This document shows, one piece after another, positions 43,114-55,085 of a stretch of DNA of 64,000 bases (the stretch's first letter is position 1; every line of letters begins with the position of its first letter). The notes under the pieces were generated by a model that was given only the letters and a program-made list of their open reading frames with translations, had not been told where the DNA came from and did no database searches. Source of the stretch: Bacillota bacterium (GTDB lineage Bacteria; Bacillota; Clostridia; Ch29). Made by a program: the position numbers and the translations under genes. The DNA lies in assembly GCA_028686075.1 (NCBI GenBank), contig JAQUCT010000004.1, forward strand, positions 1,833 through 65,832, read 5' to 3'.

Positions 43114-44205
43114 TTGAAGAAAAAACTCGGCATCATTCTGGCGCTGGTCATGCTGTTTTCTGTCATGACAGCGCTTCCCGCAGCGGCGGCCTTAACTTCC
43201 ATATCCGGCACGGTGCTCAATGACCAGCTAAGCTTTAAGATCGGCGGCAAAGCCGCTGTGCCGGTGGGGGACGATGGCACGCCTGTGCTGCCCATATCCT
43301 ATAACGGCACCACCTACTTGCCGGTGCGGGCCATGGGCTATCTGTTGGGGCTTGGCATCGACTGGGACGGCGCTACCAATACCGTGCTCATCACCAGCTC
43401 TACGACAAAAACAGCACCCAAAGCCACTGCAGCCGCCAAAACCAACAAATTGATACCCATTTCCGGGGCGGTGTTAAACAGCGACCTGAAATTTAAGCTG
43501 GACGGCAAAGCTGCTGTGCCGGTGGGGGACGACGGCACGCCTGTACTGCCCATATCCTATAATGGCACCACCTACCTGCCGGTGCGGGCCATGGGCTATC
43601 TGTTGGGGCTTGGCATCGACTGGGACGGCGGTACCAATACCGTGCTTATCACCAGCTCTGCAACAAAAGGGGCGCCCCCGGCCACCGGCGGCGGACCGGG
43701 CTGGTATTTCACGCGTTGGGAATATATTAAAGACCCTGGTGATACGGTGGATACAGGGGGGAAGGTAGGCAGGTTTGCAGGCGGGGACACATATACCGAC
43801 TACCTAGAGGGCAAGGGTGAAAAGAATGATTTCACCATAGTTACGGCACGGAAACTATCAGACGGTACTGTTGCCGCTTCCGGCCATGCAGTCACCACAT
43901 GGACTGACCCGCCTGAATATTTCGGCGCAAACGACCGGCCTACCGTTACCGTTAATAGGACAGCGGAATCCACATGGGGGATAAACGCCTTCTCTATTTC
44001 CTTTGATATGCACGATATTAACCCCGGGGGAGCAACAATGGGCAAAATCAACTTTGCATCGCCTGACGGGCAAACGCACGTACAGGCCTACAAGGGAACC
44101 ATGCAGATGCAAAAAGCAAAGACGGGTAAAGCCGGTGACAAGATGGCTGTCATTATGCATATGAACTGGTACGGCTTTAAGTATTACTATGAATGGCGGG
44201 ACTAG
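43114..44205 (+). CDS. secreted protein with two CuAO_N-like repeats and a C-terminal domain of unknown function
   Basis: Signal peptide MKKKLGIILALVMLFSVMTALPAAAA from a TTG start with SD AAAGGAAG (alternative ATG at 43093); 86-aa tandem repeat. Confidence 0.7.
   Translation: MKKKLGIILALVMLFSVMTALPAAAALTSISGTVLNDQLSFKIGGKAAVPVGDDGTPVLPISYNGTTYLPVRAMGYLLGLGIDWDGATNTVLITSSTTKTAPKATAAAKTNKLIPISGAVLNSDLKFKLDGKAAVPVGDDGTPVLPISYNGTTYLPVRAMGYLLGLGIDWDGGTNTVLITSSATKGAPPATGGGPGWYFTRWEYIKDPGDTVDTGGKVGRFAGGDTYTDYLEGKGEKNDFTIVTARKLSDGTVAASGHAVTTWTDPPEYFGANDRPTVTVNRTAESTWGINAFSISFDMHDINPGGATMGKINFASPDGQTHVQAYKGTMQMQKAKTGKAGDKMAVIMHMNWYGFKYYYEWRD
43246..43678 (+). repeat. intragenic 258-bp tandem duplication (two units, about 95% identical over the ~175-bp core)
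   Basis: GGCAAAGCCGCTGTGCCGGTGGGGGACGATGGCACGCCTGTGCTGCCCATATCCTATAACGGCACCACCTAC... recurs 258 bp later with a handful of substitutions. Confidence 0.85.
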
Positions 44206-44256
44206 GATACAAAGCTTTTAACCCAATATATCCAATGCGAAACGCCATTGCGAAAA

Positions 44257-44290
44257 GCCCCTACCCGAAAAAGGCGGGGGCTCTTTTTCG
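44257..44290 (+). terminator. rho-independent terminator after the secreted-protein gene (paralogous to the 42976 terminator)
   Basis: GCCCCTACCCGAAAAAGGCGGGGGC + TCTTTTTCG; the first 20 nt are identical to the 42974-42993 terminator. Confidence 0.75.
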
Positions 44291-44327
44291 CAGGTTACAC
44301 GATTGGGGCGTTTTTTCCCAAACATAG

Positions 44328-44510
44328 ACTGTCATTCTGTTATTGACGACAAAAATGCTTGACGGTAAAAGGGAGGCTTATGAAAGACTATGCTTTCTTG
44401 TTTGTCACTGTGAAGCGAAGTTGAAGAATCTGACTTTGTCATTCTGAACATAGTAAAGAATCTTGTGTTTTCAATAACTTAAAGACATTTAGCTGTCGCT
44501 CAGGATGACA
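44328..44510 (-). repeat. degenerate MITE/REP-like element copy R7 (no intact TIRs)
   Basis: GTCATTCTG x2, GAAGCGAAG, GACATTTAGCTGTCGCTCAGGATGACA. Confidence 0.6.
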
Positions 44511-44553
44511 AAAAGGGGCTTTTTCAGTGGCTTCGGTAAAAGGAGGAGTTTGT

Positions 44554-45084
44554 TTGAAGGCAATCAGACGAAGAAAAAATGCCTTCGCGGTTTCTACCGG
44601 AGTTGGCATCGTCCTCAGCCTTTTAATTTTCGCATACAGCTTACGGGCACCAAACATTCCAATACGGCTTTTACTGGCTGCCAGCATCCCGGTAAGCGTC
44701 TGGCTGTCTTTCTTTTGGATACGGGAACACAGAAGGCTGCAAACGGCACAGCTTATAGTTGAAAACCAGATTTTGCGCATCCCTACCGCTGTAATAAGCA
44801 GCGGGCATGGCGGTGCGGTAAAACCGGAAAACGCCGAAATCGTCGAAGTATTTGTTTCTTACTTTGGTATCCTATTGGGCTCAAAAGTTATCAAGTTCAA
44901 TCAAGACAACATCTTTTTGAAAGCCGTAGAGATTGGGTTGGATTTTATATCCCTATCCTATGGCACAGACAAATGGATGAGGAACATACGACTCCTGCGT
45001 ACCGTGACAAGCAGTGAGGAACTTGAAAACATTATAAAACAATTCCGGGATGAAACCGGCATTGTACCTGTGGTTATAAACTAG
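44554..45084 (+). CDS. hypothetical membrane protein (two N-terminal TM segments)
   Basis: TTG start 6 nt after SD AAAGGAGGA; the track ORF begins earlier, at 44527. Confidence 0.5.
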   Translation: MKAIRRRKNAFAVSTGVGIVLSLLIFAYSLRAPNIPIRLLLAASIPVSVWLSFFWIREHRRLQTAQLIVENQILRIPTAVISSGHGGAVKPENAEIVEVFVSYFGILLGSKVIKFNQDNIFLKAVEIGLDFISLSYGTDKWMRNIRLLRTVTSSEELENIIKQFRDETGIVPVVIN

Positions 45085-45104
45085 ATAAGAAAGGATGAGG
45101 TTTT

Positions 45105-45272
45105 ATGCGTGGATTCTCGCCTAGGATCAGTGACCCGGCCTGGCATAATGGGGAATTTCTCCTTAGAAACTCTTTTTTAGTTCTTGAAAGCAGCGAGGTT
45201 GTGGACGAATTCTCAGTTAAAGACCATACAAAAAGTGCGCAGCTACTGGAAGCTTTTAAAGCTTTCAAGTGA
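45105..45272 (+). CDS. possible 55-aa small ORF (not in the ORF track)
   Basis: ATG 5 nt after AGGATGAGG; followed by the hairpin TAGCGGGA-TATC-TCCCGCTA. Confidence 0.25.
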   Translation: MRGFSPRISDPAWHNGEFLLRNSFLVLESSEVVDEFSVKDHTKSAQLLEAFKAFK

Positions 45273-45333
45273 TTAGCGGGATATCTTCCCGCTACCCTGT
45301 ATCCGACAGTTCAAAGGGGAGGTGAGAGATTGG

Positions 45334-45358
45334 AACCAGAAGAACCGTCCCTCTGGTT
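45334..45358 (-). repeat. small palindromic element (H2) overlapping the stop codon of the GMP synthase gene
   Basis: AACCAGA-AGAACCGTCCC-TCTGGTT: perfect 7-bp stem, conserved loop. Confidence 0.65.
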
Positions 45359-46355
45359 ACTCCCACTCAATGGTACCCGGCGGTTTTGTGGTAATGTCGT
45401 ATACAACCCGGTTTATACCCTGCACGTTGTTTACTATGCCCGATGAAATCCTCTCCAGCACCTCATAGGGAATTTTAGCCCAGTCCGCCGTCATACCGTC
45501 GGAACTCGTAACCGCCCTTATGGCTAGCGCATGTTCATAGGTCCTTTCATCCTCCGTTACACCTACGGTTTTTACGTCTAAAAGCACCGCAAAATACTGC
45601 CATATTTCCCTGTCAAGGCCGGCATTTGCTATCTCATTCCTTAATATCGCATCCGCTTCTTTTAGTATTTCAAGCTTCTCACGGGTGACTTCCCCCATTA
45701 TCCTTATAGCAAGGCCTGGACCCGGGAAAGGCTGACGCCATACATGCTGCTCCGAGATGCCAAGGCTTACGCCCACCTTTCTTACCTCGTCCTTAAAAAG
45801 GTCCCTCAAGGGCTCTATTAGGGACAGTTTCATGTCCTCGGGCAGCCCACCTACATTGTGGTGGCTCTTTATCACCGTCGCCGCTTTGCTGCCGCTTTCT
45901 ATAACATCGGGATAGATGGTGCCCTGCACAAGGAAGTCCACCTTGCCCAGCTTGCCGGCCTCCTCCTCGAACACCCTTATGAATTCCCCGCCTATTATCT
46001 TTCTCTTAACCTCGGGATCGGTTACGCCCTCAAGCCGGCTTAAGAACCTGTCCCTTGCATCAACAGTTATAAGGTTAATATTGAAAATATCTCTGAACAC
46101 CCTTTCAACCTGTATCTCTTCGTCCTTTCGCAGGAGGCCGTGGTCTACAAATATACAGGTAAGCCGATCACCGATGGCCCTGTGTACCAGCACCGCCGCC
46201 ACCGAGGAATCCACTCCGCCGCTTAGGGCGCAAAGTACTCTCTTTTCCCCCACCTTATCCCGTATGCTTTTTATCTGGTCTTCTATAAATATTGTAATAT
46301 TCAGGTCCGGCCTGCAGCCGCACACGTCGAATACAAAATCCGATGGCTGTGACAT
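45357..46355 (-). CDS. guaA: GMP synthase, ATP-pyrophosphatase (synthetase) domain only; no glutamine amidotransferase domain
   Basis: 332 aa beginning at the linker; [10 protein letters not shown]-loop; only 13 bp separates it from guaB, so no room for a GATase domain. Confidence 0.75.
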   Translation of the reverse strand: MSQPSDFVFDVCGCRPDLNITIFIEDQIKSIRDKVGEKRVLCALSGGVDSSVAAVLVHRAIGDRLTCIFVDHGLLRKDEEIQVERVFRDIFNINLITVDARDRFLSRLEGVTDPEVKRKIIGGEFIRVFEEEAGKLGKVDFLVQGTIYPDVIESGSKAATVIKSHHNVGGLPEDMKLSLIEPLRDLFKDEVRKVGVSLGISEQHVWRQPFPGPGLAIRIMGEVTREKLEILKEADAILRNEIANAGLDREIWQYFAVLLDVKTVGVTEDERTYEHALAIRAVTSSDGMTADWAKIPYEVLERISSGIVNNVQGINRVVYDITTKPPGTIEWE

Positions 46356-46368
46356 TTATCTGCTCCCC

Positions 46369-47990
<1,622 letters not shown>

Positions 47991-48223
47991 TTTTTCAACA
48001 GTCTCGTATCAGGTATTTTTGAGTATTATAATCAAATAAGAATACCTTGTCAATCGTTTTTGGGACTTAGTTGTGTGAAAGTTAGTATTATTATATCAAA
48101 AAATTATTACGAAATGTCCCAGTTAAGGAGTATTATATCTTTATGGGCAACAATTTACCCAAATAAAAAACTCCCCGGGGACAATAATATACAAATATAA
48201 ATAATATTAGGGGAGGCCTTTGT

Positions 48224-48454
48224 ATGGAGGATTTTTATCCTTCGGAAGTCTTTGAAACGCTATCGTCCAAAAATTTGTCAATACTGGAGGAACAGCTTTC
48301 CCACGAGGCCTTGATTATATCAAAGCTCAGGCAATACTCCAGGCAGTGCCGGGATTCCGAGCTTAAGAACCTGTGTAGCAACCTGGCGGAAAAGCACAAA
48401 AGCCATTATGACACCCTGCTTAACTACGTGATTTCCCGAAGCGGCAGCGATTAA
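48224..48454 (+). CDS. spore coat protein F-like (Coat_F domain) small protein
   Basis: 76 aa; SD AGGGGAGG; helical Coat_F-type sequence. Confidence 0.5.
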   Translation: MEDFYPSEVFETLSSKNLSILEEQLSHEALIISKLRQYSRQCRDSELKNLCSNLAEKHKSHYDTLLNYVISRSGSD

Positions 48455-48518
48455 GAGCAGCGGTGTGATGTCAAGTGAAAACTGGAAAATATTTTAGAAG
48501 TTCGCTGCTAATAAGGAG

Positions 48519-48797
48519 GTGTATGCCATAAAGGATGCCGACTATTTCGGAGACAGAGAAATACTAACCGACCTGCTTCTTTCCGAAAAACAGCTGTCAA
48601 ACTCATACAATAATTCAGTAAACGAAAGTACCGGTGAAGCCTTCGGCCGCATACTGGAAGACATACTAAACAAAACCCACAGCATGCGCCGTGATGTATT
48701 GGAAGCTATGATAAAACGGGGATGGATTAAGAGCAAAAATGCCGGAAGCCAGGATATTGAAATGGTAAAGAAAAGGTTCGGGCAGCCGAAGGATTAA
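48519..48797 (+). CDS. spore coat protein F-like small protein (second of a pair)
   Basis: 92 aa; start uncertain (GTG abutting the SD). Confidence 0.45.
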   Translation: MYAIKDADYFGDREILTDLLLSEKQLSNSYNNSVNESTGEAFGRILEDILNKTHSMRRDVLEAMIKRGWIKSKNAGSQDIEMVKKRFGQPKD

Positions 48798-48826
48798 AAA
48801 AAGAAGCCGATAACGGCTTCTTTTTT
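48796..48826. terminator. bidirectional rho-independent terminator between the coat-F gene and groEL
   Basis: AAAAAAAA-GAAGCCG-ATAA-CGGCTTC-TTTTTT. Confidence 0.85.
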
Positions 48827-48841
48827 AGGTTTCCTTTAAAA

Positions 48842-50491
<1,650 letters not shown>

Positions 50492-50513
50492 TCACTCCTT
50501 TTATTGATTTTAC

Positions 50514-50798
50514 TTACTCGATTATCGCAAGTACATCGCTCTGCCTTAAAATCAGGTACTCCTCATCGTCCATCTTAATCTCGGTGCCTGCGTACTTGGA
50601 ATAAATAACCTTGTCTCCCACCTTGACCTCAAGGGGTACTCTTTTGCCCTCTATAAGTTCCCCGCTTCCTACCGCCAGCACTTCCCCTTCCTGGGGCTTT
50701 TCCTTTGCGGCTTCGGGCAGCACAATCCCGCTCTTGGTGGTTTCCTTTTTCTCCAGTACCTTTACGACAATCCTGTCTCCTAGTGGTTTGATGTTCAT
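50514..50798 (-). CDS. groES: co-chaperonin GroES
   Basis: 94 aa, [13 protein letters not shown]. Confidence 0.95.
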   Translation of the reverse strand: MNIKPLGDRIVVKVLEKKETTKSGIVLPEAAKEKPQEGEVLAVGSGELIEGKRVPLEVKVGDKVIYSKYAGTEIKMDDEEYLILRQSDVLAIIE

Positions 50799-50841
50799 TC
50801 TTTACCCTCCTAACCTATATGTATAGTTTGGCTTCGTGTTG

Positions 50842-50868
50842 TTAGCACTCGCCGTCAACGAGTGCTAA
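50842..50868 (-). promoter_or_regulatory. CIRCE operator (HrcA binding site) for groESL
   Basis: TTAGCACTC-GCCGTCAAC-GAGTGCTAA is a perfect CIRCE; TTGATT-17-TATTAT promoter just upstream. Confidence 0.9.
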
Positions 50869-51016
50869 TTACAGTTATAATAATATTAAAAGCCGGCTGA
50901 GTAATCAAACTCAGTTCCGGCCAATAATCATCCAAAAATGTCGATTTTACCGGGTTACGGCAAAATATCCCTCCGTTTCTTTCCATATTCATTATTTGTG
51001 CCCGATTTCTATAGAT

Positions 51017-51898
51017 TCACCCTCTGCCGGTTATCCTTCCCATTGTACCCCTGGCATAGTAGAACAGGTACTGCTGCGCTACTCCCGCAAGAGGCCCGAA
51101 CTTTTGGACAGCAAATCTTCGAATCTGGGCCAGCGGGGTTTCTCGTTTTAGGTAGTAATGCTCCATAACCCTTTTTACCCACACGTCTACCGGAAAGGCG
51201 TCAAGCTTCGCCATGGAAAAGAGCATAATACAATCGGCCACTTTCGGCCCTATACCGGGAAAGCACAAAAGGACTGACCTTGCATACTCCGTGTCCATAT
51301 TCTCCAGGGAATGCGGGTCGACCCGACCCTCCGATACAATCCTTGCAGCTTGCAAAATATATTTTGCCCTGAAACCGCAGCCGCAAGCCCGTATGTCCTG
51401 CTCGTCCAAGGCCGCCAGCCGGCGGGGTGGAGGAAAATCGAAATAGGCCTCCCCGTTTTGCTCTTTTCTTTCCCCGAAACTTTGGCACAGCTTTTCTATG
51501 GTTAACATAATCCTTGGTATCCTGTTGTTTGCGGATATGATAAAGGACACAAGCGTTTCCCATGGGTCCTGTTTCAGAATACGTATTCCGCTGCCGTAGT
51601 CTACCGCCCTTTCCATCACCGGGTCCTTTGAAAGGGCCTTCTTAATGGTACCGTAATCTCTTCCAAGGTCAAAATATCCGGCCCAGTATCCATTGAAATC
51701 CTGCTCATTTATACCTTGAAACAGGATATCCCCGTTAACTTTTTTCACACAAAAGGCTCTTCCGCCGGCGACGCCCCTGTAACTGCCGTCCGGCATTCTG
51801 TTCCAGCGAAAACACTGGCCGCATTCGAATACGTGTTCCGGCTCGAAGTCCTTCGTATTCTTAAGCAGTATTCCGTTTTCGGTATTGATATAGTCCAC
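51017..51898 (-). CDS. ogg: 8-oxoguanine DNA glycosylase / AP lyase (Ogg, HhH-GPD family)
   Basis: 293 aa; OGG_N-like N-terminus and HhH-GPD region (...LCFPGIGPKVADCI...). Confidence 0.65.
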   Translation of the reverse strand: MDYINTENGILLKNTKDFEPEHVFECGQCFRWNRMPDGSYRGVAGGRAFCVKKVNGDILFQGINEQDFNGYWAGYFDLGRDYGTIKKALSKDPVMERAVDYGSGIRILKQDPWETLVSFIISANNRIPRIMLTIEKLCQSFGERKEQNGEAYFDFPPPRRLAALDEQDIRACGCGFRAKYILQAARIVSEGRVDPHSLENMDTEYARSVLLCFPGIGPKVADCIMLFSMAKLDAFPVDVWVKRVMEHYYLKRETPLAQIRRFAVQKFGPLAGVAQQYLFYYARGTMGRITGRG

Positions 51899-51993
51899 CG
51901 ATAAACCTCCAGATTATAGATAAGAAATCACAAATCACAGGTGCTAGGTGCTGGCTTCATGAAGCGATATAACCATTGGTCGCTGGCCGCTAT

Positions 51994-53013
51994 TTAATCG
52001 GGAAGCTTCATGTCGCCTTCCTTAATCCATCCTTTTTTCCTCATATACTCGGAAAACAAAAGGGTAATTATCACCGGTGCGACTATATGCAAAAGTAGCA
52101 TCTTCGCGAAAACCGCCGTATTTAAGCCCATCGCATCTACAGTCCCGAACTGTCCCACAAGGCCACTTGTACCCATACCCGCTCCTACAGGCACATTTTC
52201 CATCTTAAAAATCGTGGTGGCAAAGGGCCCTATAACAGCAGAGGCCAGCGTAGGAGGAATCCATATAAGGGGATTTTTCACTATATTGGGCACCTGAAGC
52301 ATTGAGGTGCCAAGCCCCTGGGATACAAGACCGCCCCAGCCGTTCTCCCTGTAGCTGGCCACGGCAAAGCCCACCATCTGGGTGCTGCAGCCCACCGTCG
52401 CGGCTCCGGCGGCAAGTCCGCCAAGACCCAGCATTATGGCCAGAGCAGCACTGCTTATGGGCAGAGTAAGCACCATTCCCATAAGTACCGAAACAAAAAT
52501 ACCCATCGGTATGGGATGTAACTCTGTAGCCCACATTATCCATTTGCCAAGACCGATCATAAGCGAAGAGACACCCGGTCCCACCAGCATACCCGCCAAG
52601 ACCCCCATTATTATTGTAACCGCCGGCGTTACCAGTATATCCACTTTGGTCTCCTTGGATACCATTTTACCAAACTCCGCACCGACAACCGCCGCCACAA
52701 AGGCACCCACTGGGCCCCCCAACTGGTTGCCAACCATACCGGTTATTGTGGAGGCAAACAGCACAAGAGGCGGTGCCTGAAGACCGTAAGCCACAGCCAC
52801 AGCTATTGCCGGGCCGGTCATTTGACCGGCTACAGGATAAACCACCTCATAGAGGAATGGAATATTTAAGTTTTCTCCGATTACTTTAAGAATAAGTCCT
52901 ATTATAAGGGTGGCAAACAACCCCTGGGCCATCGCTCCGAGGGCTTGTATACCATATCGGTGCAGTGAGATTTCTATGTTTTTTCTCTTTAAAAAGCTTT
53001 GCTTTTGTTCCAT
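51994..53013 (-). CDS. polytopic membrane permease of uncertain family
   Basis: 339 aa, about 10 Gly/Ala-rich TM segments, SD GGAGAGGGG; family not assigned. Confidence 0.4.
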   Translation of the reverse strand: MEQKQSFLKRKNIEISLHRYGIQALGAMAQGLFATLIIGLILKVIGENLNIPFLYEVVYPVAGQMTGPAIAVAVAYGLQAPPLVLFASTITGMVGNQLGGPVGAFVAAVVGAEFGKMVSKETKVDILVTPAVTIIMGVLAGMLVGPGVSSLMIGLGKWIMWATELHPIPMGIFVSVLMGMVLTLPISSAALAIMLGLGGLAAGAATVGCSTQMVGFAVASYRENGWGGLVSQGLGTSMLQVPNIVKNPLIWIPPTLASAVIGPFATTIFKMENVPVGAGMGTSGLVGQFGTVDAMGLNTAVFAKMLLLHIVAPVIITLLFSEYMRKKGWIKEGDMKLPD

Positions 53014-53183
53014 TTTAGACCCCTCTCCGCCTTAAAATTAAAATTGACAGGTGGTAATAAAATGCTGTATATACACCTGTCTTGTCTCATATATAATACC
53101 ACTCTCATCCCAAATGTCAAGCGGAAAGAAAATCTGTTTATTCTTAGCACAAGTAACAAAAGAAAGGAGGCGGTGCCCCCCTG

Positions 53184-53831
53184 TCATTTTTTTCTAACTA
53201 TTTTTATCCAACTTTTGTCAAAACCAATCGCTGATAATAATTGATCCTTATCAATGCTTGGTGGTTTCTTAATCTCTATTAGCAGGCAATCATTTGGTAC
53301 TTTTTCTATTATAGTAAACTGTGAACCATGTGGCTGCCAGGTAAAACAATGCTCTTGTAAGTTCTTGTTATAACCTTCTAAGTTCTTTCTATTATTCCAT
53401 TGCCAATAATATAACTCTTGGTCATATCTAATCGTATCAAACTCAAATACAGCTAATTCTTCTAAAGTATTTGATTTCAGTAAAACTACTGTACTGACAA
53501 ATTTATAGTGTTTCCTTACGGCCGAAACTCGTTCGTTCCAAATTGAAAGAACCTGTCCTCCTAAATTATTAGGATTAACTTCTGTAATCTTTGTCTCACC
53601 AAATGAATAAACAGGTGAATTTCTACCTGAAATAAGCCTAACTGTTTTCTCCCATTCTTTGCCCTCTAAACTTGGAACGCCTTTAGTTGCAAGAAGATAA
53701 ACTAACTCACGTCCTAATTTGTAAGCAAAATCAAAAGGAAAACGATTTAATTCGTATGGCGGCAAAACTTTATTCACAGTACGCAAACGAGGAGTATCTC
53801 TCTTAACCATATGTAAACGACCTCGTTCCAT
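53184..53831 (-). CDS. hypothetical protein in an AT-rich island; possibly an orphaned restriction endonuclease (its start lies 6 nt after the stop of the MTase remnant)
   Basis: 215-aa ORF with visibly lower GC and different codon usage than its neighbours; no recognisable motifs; alternative start at M8 with SD GAGGT. Confidence 0.45.
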   Translation of the reverse strand: MERGRLHMVKRDTPRLRTVNKVLPPYELNRFPFDFAYKLGRELVYLLATKGVPSLEGKEWEKTVRLISGRNSPVYSFGETKITEVNPNNLGGQVLSIWNERVSAVRKHYKFVSTVVLLKSNTLEELAVFEFDTIRYDQELYYWQWNNRKNLEGYNKNLQEHCFTWQPHGSQFTIIEKVPNDCLLIEIKKPPSIDKDQLLSAIGFDKSWIKIVRKK

Positions 53832-53837
53832 AAGTAA

Positions 53838-54005
53838 TTAGAGATTACCTATACGCTCCATTCCAGAACTGTTTTCATTTCCTAAAATTATTGGCAGAAA
53901 AGATTCTAACACTGCACGAACTACATTTACCGGTACGGAATTACCAGCTTGTTTTCTTATTTGAGTATCCGGAACTATTAACAAAGGGGGGGCATCACCC
54001 CCCAT
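53838..54005 (-). pseudogene. C-terminal remnant (about 48 aa) of a C5 DNA cytosine methyltransferase
   Basis: Translation ...LLIVPDTQIRKQAGNSVPVNVVRAVLESF... matches C5-MTase motif X (..KQ.GNSV.V.V..A..). The upstream part is absent; the 5' end is a G7/C6 homopolymer hairpin 17 bp from the nitrilase stop. Confidence 0.6.
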
Positions 54006-54022
54006 ATCTCAATCCACTTCCT

Positions 54023-54805
54023 TTATAGAACCCTGTCCTTTAACGCAGTGAAAGTGCGACGGCTCTTTTTCACCTCTTCCAGGTCAATGTTGGCCCAGAC
54101 TACTGTCTCTTTGTCTCCTCCCGAAGCCACGGCGATTCCCCAGGGGTCCACTACCATGCTGTGCCCTCCGAAGGTTACTCCTCCATGGCTTCCCGCGCAG
54201 TTGCAGGAAATAAGGTAACACTGGTTCTCAATCGCCCTTGCCTTGTTGAAAACAGACCAGTGGTCTAATCGGTTAATGGGCCATGCGGCCGGCACCAGAA
54301 AACCTTCCGCCCCTTTGTCCACCATGGCACGGTACAATTCCGGGAACCTCAAGTCGTAGCAGGTGGTTATTCCCCATATGCCAAACTCTGTTCTAACCAC
54401 CGTAATGTCCTTTCCCGGCGTCAGCACCTCGGTCTCCCTGGATTTGTAACCGAACAGGTGAATCTTCCTGTACCGGGCCACTATGTTCCCTTCGGGGTCT
54501 ATAAGCAGCGAGGTATTGAATAGGTCACTGCCCTCCCGCTCCACAAAGCTTCCGGTCAGAATGTAACATCCCAGTTTGGCGGCCAGGGGAGCAAAGGCGG
54601 AATAGGTACGGCCCTTCAGTTCTTCGCTCTCTTCCTCATAGTTGTCAAAATTGGAAAACCCAGTACCCCATATCTCGGGCAGCAACACCAGCTGTAGCTG
54701 TTTATCGTCCCGGTGCATGCCCTCAAGAATGTCCGTTGCGTGGGCAATCCGTTCATCCTTTGTTTTCTCTTCGTTAACCTCCAACTGCAGCACTGCCACA
54801 TTCAT
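54023..54805 (-). CDS. carbon-nitrogen hydrolase (nitrilase superfamily)
   Basis: 260 aa; catalytic E (LPEIW), K (YRKIHLF) and C (TCYDLRFPE) triad context. Confidence 0.8.
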   Translation of the reverse strand: MNVAVLQLEVNEEKTKDERIAHATDILEGMHRDDKQLQLVLLPEIWGTGFSNFDNYEEESEELKGRTYSAFAPLAAKLGCYILTGSFVEREGSDLFNTSLLIDPEGNIVARYRKIHLFGYKSRETEVLTPGKDITVVRTEFGIWGITTCYDLRFPELYRAMVDKGAEGFLVPAAWPINRLDHWSVFNKARAIENQCYLISCNCAGSHGGVTFGGHSMVVDPWGIAVASGGDKETVVWANIDLEEVKKSRRTFTALKDRVL

Positions 54806-55085
54806 TTTTCAATCCTCCATTCCTCGCCCTTTCCCCATATAATACCATCCCGATGAAGAATGTCAAGTAAAATGAATTGACCCGGTACCGTATAAACTGT
54901 CATTATTTTGTACTGTATTCAATATATTTTAACAAACCGGGTGAACATCTACAATTATAATACGCTGCCCCTAAGCTGTATATTTGGACATTGGTATTGT
55001 GTATATTAATTGTGTATATTAATAATGTAGGCAAAATGGTTTTAGCGCAAGAAAACCGCACCCTGCTTAATTAACCAGGAGGGAG

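Noticed and set aside
53838-54005. Treating the 55-codon MTase-like ORF as a functional small gene
   Set aside because: It retains only the last conserved motif of a roughly 350-aa enzyme, starts inside a homopolymer hairpin, and lacks the catalytic PCQ and ENV motifs. It is called a remnant or pseudogene.
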